From NCBI GenBank assembly GCA_026914245.1, contig CP110440.1, forward strand, positions 1,178,001 to 1,242,000: DNA of 64,000 nt, in the 5' to 3' direction. The position numbers were made by a program, and so were the translations under genes. The notes beneath the pieces are model-generated. The model did not search any database and had not been told where the DNA came from. It was given only the letters and a program-made list of their open reading frames with translations. This DNA is from Puccinia triticina (lineage: Eukaryota). Below are positions 26,385-38,638 of the stretch, piece after piece; the first letter of the stretch is position 1, and the number at the start of each line of letters is the position of its first letter.

Positions 26385-27152
26385 GTGGATGCAAAACCTG
26401 CCAGGCAGGTTTTCCAGGTTTTGTGTGGACGCAAAACCTGCCAGGCAGCTTTTTCCAGGTTTTGTGTGGACACAAAATCTGCCAGGCAGCTTTGTCCAGG
26501 TTTTGTGTGGGCACAATACCTGCCAGACAGCTTTTTCCAGGTTTTGTGTGGACACAAAACCTGCCAGACAGCTTTGTCCAGGTTTTGTGTTGACGCAAAA
26601 CCTGCCAGACATCTTTTTCCAGGTTTTGTGTGGACACAAATGCCAGGCAGCTTTTTCCAGGTTTTGTGTGGACACGAAATCAGCTGGACAGCTTTGTCCA
26701 ATGTTTTTTGGACACAAAACCTGCCAGACAGCTCTGTGCAAGTTTTGTGTGGACACAAAACCTGCCAGACAGCTTTGTCCAGGCTTTGTGTGGACGCAAA
26801 ACCTGCCAGGCAGGTTTTCCAGGTTTTGTGTGGACGAGAAACCTGCCAGACAGCTTTTTCCAGGTTTTGTGTGGACACAAAATCTGCCGGACAGTTTTTT
26901 CCAATGTCTTTTAGGACACAAAACCTGCCAGACAGCTCTGTGCAAGTTTTGTGTGGACACAAAACCTGCCAGACAGCTTTCTCCAAGTTTTTTGTGGACA
27001 CAAAACCTGCCAGACAGCTCTGTGCAAGTTTTGTGTGAACACTAAACCTGCCAGACAGCTTTTTTCAAGTTTTGTGTGGACACAAAACCTGCCAGACACC
27101 TCTGCGCAAGTTTTGTGTGGACACAAAACCTGCCAGGCAGCTTTGTCCAGGT

Positions 27153-27730
27153 TAGAGAATGTCAAAGTAGACCCGGGTACCAGTTGGACCGCCGGTACCC
27201 GCGCGTTTTTTCCACAAAACTGGCACCCGGCACCGCATGCGGCACTGCCTGGCGGGTACCAGCGGTACATAAGGCGGGTACCGGCGGTACCTGCTTGGTT
27301 TTTCTCTAAAACCAAAGGAAATATGTATTCCCTTTGGTGACCAGTTGACCAGAACTGCAATGGCCATCAAAGGGAATGTGTATTCCCTTTGATGACCGGC
27401 AAGGCCATTGAGGGCCTCTGGATGGCCAAATGACCGTCCATTGAGGGCCTCCTGCTGGGCGGATGCCGCCCTTGAGGGCTTCCCCATGGCCAAATGGCTG
27501 ACCGGCCATCAAGAGCCTCTTCAATGGCCAAATGATTGGCCATTGCGGTCCTCTCACGGTCCCCCATGCCCCGGGGGTTGGGCGGTACTTGGGGGCGGTA
27601 CCCGGGTACCACACCGCTTTTTGCCAAAAAATGGGCACCCGGCACCGCTTGGCGGGTACCACGCAGACGCAGGCGGTACCCGCCAAGCGGTGCCGGGTAC
27701 CGCCAAACGGGTACCACTTGACATTCTCTA
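27153..27730. mobile_element. hAT-like MITE, 8-bp TSD GTCCAGGT
   Basis: TIR tagagaatgtcaa / ttgacattctcta; ggtacc-rich subterminal repeats. Confidence 0.92.
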
Positions 27731-28175
27731 GTCCAGGTTTTGTGTGGGCCCAATACCTGCCAGACAGCTTTTTCCAGGTTTTGTGTGGACACAAAACCTG
27801 CCAGACAGCTTTGTCCAGGTTTTGTGTTGACGCAAAACCTGCCAGACAGCTTTGTCCAGGTTTTGTGTTGACGCAAAACCTGCCAGACAGCTTTGTCCAG
27901 GTTTTGTGTTGACGCAAAACCTGCCAGACAGCTTTTTCCAGGTTTTGTGTGGACACAAAATCTGCCGGAAGGCTTTTTCCAATGTTTTTTTGGACACAAA
28001 ACCTGCCAGACAGCTCTGTGCAAGTTTTGTGTGGACACAAAACCTGCCAGACAGCTTTTTCCAGGTTTTGTGTGGACGCGAAACCTGCCAGGCAGGTTTT
28101 CCAGGTTTTTTGTGGACGCAAAACCTGCCAAACAGCCTTTTCCAGGTTTTGTGTGGACGCGAAACCTGCCAGACA

Positions 28176-28326
28176 AGAACTTAACAAAGTCCCTTGCTGC
28201 TGCGGGCGTGTGACTCGCGAAGTGAGCCTCCGACAGCCCTCGGCAGGAGGGACTTGCCGAGGGCTATTGGAGGCTTGCTTCGCAAGACCAGATGCCCGCA
28301 GCAGCGAGGGACTTGTGTTAAGTTTG
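28176..28326. mobile_element. Mutator-like MITE, 9-bp TSD TGCCAGACA
   Basis: TIR aacttaacaaagtccc / gggacttgtgttaagtt; related fragments near 39830-39925 and 41270-41345. Confidence 0.85.
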
Positions 28327-31300
28327 TGCCAGACAGCTCTGTGCAAGTTTTGTGTGGACACAAAACCTGCCAGGCAGATTTGTCCAGGTTTTGTGTGGAC
28401 GCAAAACCTGCCAGGCAGCTTTTCCCAGGTTTTGTGTGGACACAAAAACTGCTGGACAGCTTTGTCCAATGTTTTTTTGGACACAAAACCTGCCAGACAG
28501 CTCTGTGCAAGTTTTGTGTGGACACAAACCTGCGAGACGGCTCTGTGCTAGCTTATTGTGGACACAAAACCTGCCAGACAGCTCTGTGCAAGTTTTCTGT
28601 GGACACAAAACCTGCCAGACAGCTTTGTCCAAGTTTTGTGTGAACACAAAACCTGCCATTCAGCTTTTTCCAAGTTTTGTGTGGACACGAAACCTGCCAG
28701 ACACCTCTGTGCAAGTTTTGTGTGGACACAAAACCTGCCAGGCAGCTTTGTCCAGGTTTTGTCTGGACGCAAAACCTGCCAGGCAGGTTTTCCAGGTTTT
28801 GTGTGGACGCAAAATCTGCCAGACAGTTTTTTCCAGGTTTTGTGTGGATGCAAAACCTGCCAGACAGCTCTGTGCAAGCTTTGTGTGGACACAAAACCTG
28901 CCAGACAGCTTTTTCCAAGTTTTGTGTGGAACAGCTTTCTCCAAGTTTTGTGTGAACACAAAACCTGCCAGACAACTCTGTGCAATTTGTGTGTGGACGC
29001 AAAACCTGCCAGGTTTTGTGTGGACGCGAAACCTGCCAGACAGCTTTTTCCACGTTTTGTGTGGAGGCGAAACCTCCCAGAAGGTGTGGTGATCATCATA
29101 CTCGTGGCGCCGCAGGCGTGCAGGATATCCGGCGGGACTTTAAGCGCAGCAAGACTTCAAGACCTCACGCGCAGCATCAAGATCAATTAGTTCTCAAGGC
29201 GTTTTAGGATCAAGAACCCCACATGTTTTTCTTCTGGTTTGTTTGGTCTGTTGTGTTCCTTTCTTTTCCTTGTTTTCTCTTTCTATTTTTCTTCTGATTC
29301 TTTTCTTTGTTTCTATATGCGCGCGTTGGAGAGGCTCGGTCATGTGGAGGGGTGGTTGTGTTTCTGTTTGTCTTAGTTTGTTTTGTTTTGTTGGTTTTGT
29401 TTCCTTCTTTTCCTTTCTCTTCTTGTTGTTGTTGCGCGTGTGTGCGCGCAGGTGTATGATGACTTGTCCGCAGCATGTCAGGGTCCCCGGAGTCTGAGTT
29501 CAGTTCGAACTCAGATGATGGAGGGGCATGGACTTCGTCTGAACCATAAGAATTTTATACTCCAGATCATCCATTGACCTCCAGAATCCTGAATCTCAAA
29601 GTTTATTGATCCCATAGTTTTGCATATAAATTTGCATAGCTTTTGAGTTCACCCTCTCAGCGCCTTGCCAATCCCTTCCCCAGATTCCCTTACTTGTTTA
29701 GATCACTTCTCACCAGCTCAGTTTGCCGGCTCCCTCTCTCAGATCCTCAACAAAGAAACCACCGCCAACGGGAATCTACGCACCGTTGTCTCACAACAAA
29801 TCCCTTCCCAAACTTCCGCTATCCTCGATCCTTCTGACGCTCACATCACAAGGACCACCGAGAAGGCAGCGCACAGTGCAACGTTCCCTTCCAGTAAATG
29901 CCGACGGCCCAGCACCGGTCGGAGTTCCACAACGGCTCTGTGCAAGTTTTGTGTGGACACAAAACCTGCCAGACAGCTTTGTCCAGGTTTTTTGTGGACG
30001 CAAAACCTGCCAGACAGCTTTTTCCAGGTTTTGAGTGGACACAAAATCTGCTGGACAGCTTTCTCCAAGGTTTTTTTGGACAGACAAACCTGCCAGACAG
30101 CTCTGTGTGAGTTTTGTGTGGACACAAAACCTGCCAGACAGCTTTGTCCAGGTTTTGTGTGGACGCAAAACCTGCCAGGCAGGTTTTCAAGTTTTTGTGT
30201 GAGCTTTGTCCAGGTTTTGTGTGGACGCAAAACCTGCCAGACAGCTTTTTCCAGGTTTTGTGTGCACGCGAAACCTGCCAGACAGCTCTGTGCAACTTTT
30301 GTGTGGACACAAAACCTGCCAGACAGCTCTGTGCAACTTTTGTGTGGACACAAAACCTGCCAGACAGCTTTCTCCAGGTTTTGTGTGGACACAAAACCTG
30401 CCAGACAGCTCTGTGCAAGTTTTGTGTGGACACAAAACCTGCCAGACAGCGCTGTGCAAGTTTTGTGTGGACACAAAACCTGCCAGACAGCTTTGTCCAA
30501 GTTTTGTGTGGACAAAAAACCTGCCAGACACCTTTGTCCAAGCTTTGTGTGGACGCGCAACCTGCCAGGCAGCTTTTCTCAGGTTTTGTGTGGATGCAAA
30601 ACCTGCCACACAGCTCTGTGCAAGTTTTGTGTGGACACATAACCTGCCAGACAGCTCTGTGCAAGTTTTGTGTGGACACATATCCTGCCAGACAGCTCTG
30701 TGCAAGTTTTGTGTGGACACAAAACCTGCCAGACAGCTTTGTCCAGGTTTTGTGTGGATGCAAAACCTTCCAGACAGCTTTTTCGAGGTTTTGTGTGGAC
30801 ACAAAATCTGCTGGACGGCTTTGTGCAATGTTTTTTTGGACACAAAACCTGCCAGACAGCTCTGTGCAAGTTCCGTGTGGACACACACAAAACCTGGAAA
30901 ACCTGCCTGGCAGGTTTTCCATCCACACAAAACCTGGACAAAGCTGTCTGGCAGGTATTGTGTCCACACAAAACTTGCACAGAGCTTTCTGGCAGGTTTT
31001 GTGTCCAAAAAAACATTGGACAAAACAAAACCTGGAAAAAGCTGCCTGGCAGGTTTTGCGTCCACACAAAACCTGGACAAAGCTGCCTTGCAGGTTTTGT
31101 GTCCCCACAAAACTTGCACAGAGCTGTCTGGCAGGTTTTGTGTCCACACAAAACCCGGAAAAAGCTGTCTGGCAGGTTTCGCGTCCACACAAAACCTGGG
31201 AAACCTGCCTGGCAGGTTTCGCGTGCACACAAAACCTGGACAAAGCTGTCTGGCAGGTTTTGTGTCCGCACAAAACTTGCACAGAGCTGTCTGGTAGGTT

Positions 31301-34300
31301 TTATGTCCAAAAAAACATTGGACAAAGCTGTCTAGCAGATTTTGTGTCCACACAAAACCTGGAAAAAGCTGTCTGGCAGGTTTTGCGTCCACACAAAACC
31401 TGGACAAAGCTGTCTGGCAGGTTTTGTGTCCACACAAAACTTGCACAGAGCTGTCTGGCAGGTTTCGCTTCCACACAAAACCTGGAAAAAGCTGTCTGGC
31501 AGGTTGTGCGTCAACACAAAACCTGGGAAACCTGCTTGGCAGGTTTCGCGTCCACACAAAACCTGGACAAAGCTGTCTGGCAGGTTTTGTGTCCACACAA
31601 AACTTGCACAGAGCTGTCTGGCAGGTTTTGTGTCCAAAAAAACATTGGAAAAAGCCTTCCGGCAGATTTTGTGTCCACACAAAACCTGGAAAAAGCGGTC
31701 TGGCAGGTTATGCGTCAACACAAAACCTGGATAAAGCTGTCTGGCAGGTTTGGTGTCCACACAAAACCTGGAAAAAGCTGTCTGGCAGGTTTCGCGTCCA
31801 CAAAAAACCTGGACAAAGATGTCCAGCAGATTTTTTGTCCACACAAAACCTGGAAAAAGCTGCCTGGCAAGTTTTCCATCCACACAAAACCTGGACAAAG
31901 CTGTCTGGCAGGTTTTGTGTCCACACAAAACTTGCACAGAGCTGTCTGGCAGGTTTTGTGTCCACACAAAACTTGGAGAAAGCTGTCTGGCAGGTTTTGT
32001 GCCCACACAAAACTTGCACAGAGCTGTCTGGCAGGTTTTGTGCCCACACAAAACTTGCACAGAGCTGTCTGGCAGGTTTTGTGTCCACACAAAAGTTGCA
32101 CAGAGCTGTCTGGCAGGTTTTGCGTGCACACAAAACCTGCCAGACGGCTCTGTGCTAGTTTATTGTGGACACAAAACCTGCCAGACAGCTCTGTGCAACT
32201 TTTGTGTGGACACAAAACCTGCGTAAGTTTTGTGTGGACACAAAACCTGCCAGACAGCTCTGTGCAAGTTTTGTGTGGACACAAAACCTGCCAGCCAGCT
32301 CTGTGTAAGTTTTGTGTGGACACAAAACCTGCCAGACAGCTCTGTGCAAGTTTTGTGTGGACACAAAACCTGCCAGACAGCTTTGTCCAGGTTTTGTGTG
32401 GACGCAAAACCTGCCAGACAGCTTTTTCCAGGTTTTGTGTGGACACAAAATCTGCTGGACAGCTTTGTCCAATGTTTTTTTGGACATAAAACCTGCCAGA
32501 CAGCTCTGTGCAAGTTTTGTGTGGACACAAAACCTGCCAGCAGCTTTGTCCAGGTTTTGTGTGCACACGAAACCTGCCAGACAGCTTTGTCCAGGTTTTG
32601 TGTGCACGCAAAACCTGCCAGACAGCTTTTTTCAGGTTTTGTGTGGACGCGAAACCTGCCAGACAGCTCCGTCCAAGCTTTGTGTGGATACAAAACCTGC
32701 CAGACAGCTCTGTGCAAGTTTTGTGTGGACACAAAACCTGCCAGGCAGCTTTGCCCAAGTTTTGTGTGGACACAAAACCTGCCAGACAGCTCTGTGCAAG
32801 TTTTGTGTGGACACAAAACCTGCCAGACAGCTATTTCCAGGTTTTGTGTGGACGCAAAACCTGCCAGGCAGCTTTTCCAGGTTTTGTGTGGACACAAAAT
32901 CTGCCAGGCAGCTTTGTCCAGGTTTTGTGTGGGCGGAATACCTGCAAGACAGCTTTGTCCAGGTTTTGTGTTGACACAAAACCTGCCAGACCGCTTTTTC
33001 CAGGTTTTGTGTGGACACAAAATCTGCCGGAAGGTTTTTTTCAATGTTTTTTTGGACACAAAACCTGCCAGACAGCTCTGTGCAAGTTTTGTGAGGACAC
33101 AAAACCTGCCAGACAGCTTTGTCCAGGTTTTGTGTGGACACGAAACCTGCCAGACAGCTCTGTGCAAGTTTTGTGTGGACACAAAACCTGCCAAACAGCT
33201 TTGTCCAGGTTTTGTGTGGACGCAAAACCGGCCAGACAGCTTTTTCCAGGTTTTGTGTGGACACAAAATCTGCTGGACAGCTTTTTCCAATGTTTTTTTG
33301 GACATAAAACCTGCCAGACAGCTCTGTGCAAGTTTTGTGTGGACACAAAACCTGCCGGCAGCTTTGTCCAGGTTTTGTGTGCACAGGAAACTTGCCAGAC
33401 AGCTTTGTCCAGGTTTTGTGTGCACGCAAAACCTGCCAGACAGCTCTGTGCAACTTTTGTTTGGACACAAAACCTGCAGGACAGCTTTGTCCAAGTTTTG
33501 TGTGGACACAAAACCTGCCAGACAGCTTTGTGCAGGTTTTTGGTGGGCGCAAAACCTGCCAGACAGCCTGGTCCAGGACTTCCGTGGACACAAAACCTGC
33601 CAGACAGCCTGGCCCAAGTTTTGTGTGGACACAAAACCTGCCAGACAGCTTTCTCCAAGGTTTGCGTGGGCACAAAACCTGCCAGACACCTTTGTCCAAG
33701 CTTTGTGTGGACGCGCAACCTGCCAGGCAGCTTTTCTCAGGTTTTGTGTGGACGAAAAACCTGCCAGACAGCTCTGTGCAAGTTTTGTGTGGACACAAAA
33801 CCTGCCAGACAGCTCTGTGCAAGTTTTGTGTGGGCACAAAACCTGCCAGACAGCTTTCTCCAAGTTTTGTGTGGACACAAAACCTGCCAGACAGCTCTGT
33901 GCAAGTTTTGTGTGGACACAAAACCTGCCAGACAGCTCTGTGCAAGTTTTGTGTGGACACAAAACCTGCCAGACAGCTTTGTCCAGGTTTTGTGTGGACG
34001 CAAAACTTGCCAGGCAGCTTTTTCCAGGTTTTGGGTGGGCGCAAAACCTGCCAGACAACCTGGTCCAGGCCTTCCGTGGACACAAAACCTGCCAGACAGC
34101 CTGTCCCAAGTTTTGTGTGGACACAAAACCTGCCAGACAGCTTTCTCCAAGGTTTGCGTGAGCACAAAGCCTGCCAGACACCTTTGTCCAAGCTTTGTGT
34201 GGACGCGCAACCTGCCAGGCAGCTTTTCTCAGGTTTTGTGTGGACGCAAAACCTGCCACACAGCTCTGTGCAAGTTTTGTGTGGACACATAACCTGCCAG

Positions 34301-35264
34301 ACTTCTCTGTGCTAGTTTATTGTGGACACAAAACCTGCCAGACAGCTCTGTGCAAGTTTTGTGTGAACACAAAACCTGCCAGACAGCTTTGCCCAAGTTT
34401 ATTGTGGACACAAAAACTACCAGACAGCTTTCTCCAAGTTTTGTGTGAACACAAAACCTGCTGGACAGTTTTTTCCAATGTTTTTTTGGACACAAAAACA
34501 GCCAGACAGCTTTGTCCAGGTTTTGTGTGGACACAAAACCAGCCAGACAGCTTTGTCCAAGTTTTGTGTGGACACAAAACCTGCCAGACAGCTCTGTGAG
34601 TTTTGTGTGGACACAAAACCTGCCAGACAGCTTTGTCCAGGTTTTCTGTGGACGTGGAACCAGCCAGACAGCTTTCTCCAAGTTTTGTGTGGACCCAAAA
34701 CCTGCTGGACAGCTTTGTCCAATGTTTTTTTGGACACAAAACCTGCCAGACAGCTTTGTCCAAGTTTTGTGTGAACACAAAACCTGCCAGACAGCTTTGT
34801 CCAAGCTTTGTGTGGACACGAAACCTGCCAGACAACTTGGTCCAAGCTTTGTGTGGACACAAAACCTGCCAGACAGATTTGTCCAGGTTTTGTGTGGACA
34901 CAAAACCTGCCAGACAGCTTTGTCCAAGCTTTGTGTGGACACAAAACCTGCCAGACAGCTTTGTCCAATTTCATGTGGATACAAAACCTGCAGGACAATG
35001 TTGCACAAGTTTTGTGTGGACACAAAAACTGTGAGAAGCTTTGTGCAAGTTTTGTGTGGACACAACACTGCAAGAAAAACTCTAGAAACTGCTTGCAGTT
35101 GAGATGCAAGAGCTCAATGCAAGCTGTGCCTCATGCAAGAATCAAGCACTGGTTGATTCAATTTCCATGCACTTTGCATAATTTATGCAAGAGTGAGTCT
35201 AAGGTACAAAAAAATGAGTACAGGCTCCAAATTACTGAGTTGATACCTGTGTGAATTCCCCTAT

Positions 35265-35840
35265 GTGCACATATCCCTTTTGTATGTATTCACCCCTTTC
35301 ATAATGTGTACATACCCCTTTATGTGCACATACCCCTTTCATTTGTGTGTATCCCTTTCATTTGTGTGTATCCCTTTCATGTGCGTGTATTCATTTCATG
35401 TGCATGTATCCCTCTCATGTATGTGTATCCCTTTCATGTGCTTGTATCCCTTTCATGTGCATGTATCCCTTTCACAATGTGTACATACCCCTTTTATCAT
35501 GCTTTCATGACCCTTTCATGTTTACAAGTCCCCTTTGAGTTTTTGACATCCTTTTCAACCCTTTCATCATCCAGGTTTACATACCCCTTCAATGTTTACA
35601 TATCCCTTTCATGTGCAAATACCCCTTACCGCACATACCCCTTTCATGCATACATACCCCTCTCATGCATATATACCTCTTTCATGAATACATACCCCTT
35701 TCATGAATACATACCCCTTTCATCATGTGTACATATCCCTTTTATGTGTTAATGCACCTTCTCCCATTCCCCTTTCATGTGTACATATTCATCTCATATG
35801 TACATATTGCTTTCATGTGTATGTACCCTTTTTATGTTAT
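35265..35840. repeat. Degenerate minisatellite (tacccctttcatgtgca-like) inside the CACTG element
   Basis: Recurrent ccctttcatgt motif at roughly 20-22-bp spacing. Confidence 0.8.
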
Positions 35841-36154
35841 TCTAGCTGGATACAATGGTACATGGAGTGTTTTCTAAAAGCAAATAAAAGGGTGCTCATG
35901 GGGATGCTCATCTGCAAGGTTAAATAGTTGTCTCAGCCTCCTGCATGAGCACTACAGCATGTTAAGCATTGAGATGCTGAACAAGGTGCACATTTATGGT
36001 CGTCACAGTTAAAATGCATAAGCTTATGCATGCATAAATCATGAAATCATGAAAAATATTCCCCAAAAAGTTTATGAACTCCCCCAAATACGCCCTCTTT
36101 GCATAAGAAAACTTTCATATCGTGCATAAGTCTCCTAGAACCCACAGCCATTGC

Positions 36155-36370
36155 CATCAACCTTGCAAACATCACCATCAACCTCGGAAACATCACCATC
36201 AACCTCGGAAACATCACCATCAACCTCGGAAACATCACCATCAACCTCAGAAACATCACCATCAACCTCGGAAACATCACCATCAACCTCGGAAACATCA
36301 CCATCAACCTTGGAAACATCACCATCAACCTCGGAAACATCACCATCAACCTCGGAAACATCACCATCAA
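36155..36370. repeat. 21-bp tandem repeat (catcaccatcaacctcggaaa), about 10 copies
   Basis: Directly visible. Confidence 0.95.
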
Positions 36371-36380
36371 ACAGAAAACC

Positions 36381-37125
36381 ATGTCTACCATTGAACCAAC
36401 CCAGCAAACCCCTCAACAAACTCCAAACAATCCAACTTGAGCTACTGCAGCTAACCAACCCGGTGAAACTCCTGCCCAACAAGGAACTCGAGTTGCTCCT
36501 TGCTCTTGGACTAACGACCGCAATTGAGATGGGCTTTTGTCCCTTGACCTTGATGATCAATTGTCCTTCAGCCATGCCCTTGAACAACTATGAACAAGGG
36601 GACAACAACGACAACCTAGCGCGTGCTCTCAACCTAGACCAGAACAGGGATCCCAATTGTCCCACTACCCCAGATCAATGGAGCAACTCTGAGCAAGGTG
36701 GAAACAATTCCCCGGTTAATACTCTTGGACAGCCCTCTCCGGACTTCACCCAAGCATTGCCGGCCGCAGATAGACCCGAGCCCGAGGCCCTGGTGGCCAC
36801 TGGCACTCAGACTCCAGCTCCCTCTCCATCTGTTTGGGCGGCCTCAATGCAAGCTCTCGCCTCCCAACAACCCAACAATCAAGGTCAGCGACGAGTCAGC
36901 TACGAGAGGCGCCAGCTGGAACTCAATGTTCAGATCCGAGAACTGGAAATCCTGCGCGCTTGGGCAACTTTTGAGGCGGAGCAAGCATCCGGTGCAGCTT
37001 TTACACAAGCAAGGATGCTCCAGGACTTCATCCGATTGGGATTGACACCTGCCGAGGCTTGCAACATGACAGATGAAGTCCTTGGTGTAGTCGGATCGGG
37101 CCCGTTGGCTGACTCCAATGAATAG
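36381..37125 (+). pseudogene. Remnant of a transposon accessory ORF, convergent with the transposase
   Basis: Open frame ending in a coiled-coil-like segment (ERRQLELNVQIRELEILR...MLQDFIRLGLTPAEA); position matches the Harbinger second ORF, but no Myb domain is recognisable. Confidence 0.45.
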
Positions 37126-37468
37126 CTTTGTTAACCCCCCCCCCTTTGGCCACAAGATCAAATCAATCCTCAAGAATCCCACAACTTTCTTCCTTGCTCT
37201 TGCTGCTTTCTTTTCCCATTTCTTCCATGTTTTTTTCTCAATCACATGCCTGGAATCCGATTGATCAACATGTTCTTCTCTCAGTTATCATTGCTTGCTT
37301 GATAAAACCAACTACATTTGTTTCTTGTTTCTATGAAAAACATGGCCAGTGAAATGAAAAACATGGCTCGCTTGATATGAAATGAAAAACATGGTCATAT
37401 CAAATAGTAATTGATTGAAAAGAAAAAAAGCTCTATAGAAGCTGGCAGAATCTCTGGAATAGCATATC

Positions 37469-37850
37469 TCAGCGAGCCACATCTTCTCCCAAAATCACAC
37501 CCGAGTCGTCCTCTTCATCGTTGTCTGGGTCAAAGTTTTCAACTGGTTGGTTTAGCTCGTCCCATTCCACTTCACAGAGGTTGAGTAGATAGTTTTGCAA
37601 TACCACACAGGCACAAATCCATATGTTCAGCCGTGTAGCGGTCTTCTTACCGAGAATCTGAATCAATAGTGACTTCAAGGATTGCCATTGATTCTTGAGC
37701 ATGCCAATGGTATGCTCCACTATCACTTGGTTATGGCTTAGCTCAAAATTGAACCTCTACTTTTTGGGAGGCAGGGACCGACCAGGTGCGCGCTTGAAGG
37801 CAGGAATGAAAGTGTCTGTTGAGGTGTAAGCTGAATCCGCCAGTAAGTAA
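37469..37850 (-). pseudogene. C-terminal fragment of a PIF/Harbinger-superfamily (DDE_Tnp_4, HARBI1-like) transposase
   Basis: YLLADSAY...PAFKR...FNFELSHNQVIVEHTIGMLKNQWQSLK...ACVVLQN; contains an in-frame stop. Confidence 0.85.
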
Positions 37851-38638
37851 TGAAGGGTGATCACCAATTTCCTCAGTTGAAAGGTGACAGATCAACATTC
37901 AAATTGACAAGGAGGAGGTTTTTTGAGAGGATTTTCTTCATGATCAGGAGAATTGCCGTGATCAGAAGATTGAAGCTGAGCTGATGTGATGGGTTTGTTA
38001 GGATGGCCTTGATTTCTGTTCAGTGATTTTCATCTTCCAAAGGGATGCAAGGAGTGTTGTTTCCACACCCTCTAGGAGTTTCTGCCGGTCTGACTTGCAA
38101 GGCATGATCGGGGAGATGGCGCACTTATGCAGAGGGGGGGGTGCTCAATGTCAAACTGGTTGCATGAAATCATAAGTTCGGTAGCTCCCGCAAAAAAAAA
38201 TTATGCATTATGATTTCATGCAATTTAACATTGAATACCATAACTGAAGGTGCACCAGCATGGAATCTGAGTGCTTGACTCCAGCTAGAGATGAGGCTTG
38301 ATTCAAGGTTGCTGCATCTCAACTGCAAACAGTTTCTAGAGTTTTTCTTGCAGTGCAAAACCTGCCAGACAGCTCTTTGTTAGGGTTAGGTAACTCTGGG
38401 GGCGGGGGGGGGGGGGCGCAATGCGCCGTTGGAGCAGAAGGTAGAGATGGCCCCTGTGAACCCGGGTACCTGTTCGGGTGCGGGTACCCGCCAGCCTTTT
38501 TGCCAAAAATTGGACACCCGCACCCGCAGAGTGGGTCAGAGTGGGTACCTGCAGGTACCCGCACGGGTATCCGCAGGTACCCGCCCCTCAAAATTGACCG
38601 GAAGGCATTCCTTCCGGCCGGGAAGTTCGTGTTAGCCT

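Larger units (their letters stand above)
19398..35065. repeat. Large ~41-bp satellite array (gttttgtgtggacacaaaacctgccagacagctctgtgcaa and variants), interrupted by insertions
   Basis: Hundreds of monomers in blocks at about 19398-19750, 20641-21705, 22581-25008, 25452-29083 and 29933-35065; a last partial monomer at 38356-38378. Confidence 0.98.
35066..38355. mobile_element. CACTG-ended TIR element (3-bp TSD CAA) inserted in a satellite monomer; carries a DDE_Tnp_4-type transposase remnant
   Basis: ~43-bp TIR cactgcaagaaaaactctagaaactg... / ...cagtttctagagtttttcttgcagtg; the flanks rejoin as ggaca-caa-aacctgcc. Confidence 0.9.

Noticed and set aside
19398..35065. CRISPR array (palindromic repeat with variable intervening sequence)
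   Set aside because: Intervening segments are homologous variants, not unique spacers; no cas genes; eukaryotic context.
19268..35254. Long Cys-rich ORFs (up to 791 aa) across the satellite
   Set aside because: Open in all six frames because the monomer lacks stop codons; frequent indels; no coding signal.
38380..38391. Interstitial telomere (ttagggttagg)
   Set aside because: Fewer than two full units; chance occurrence cannot be excluded.
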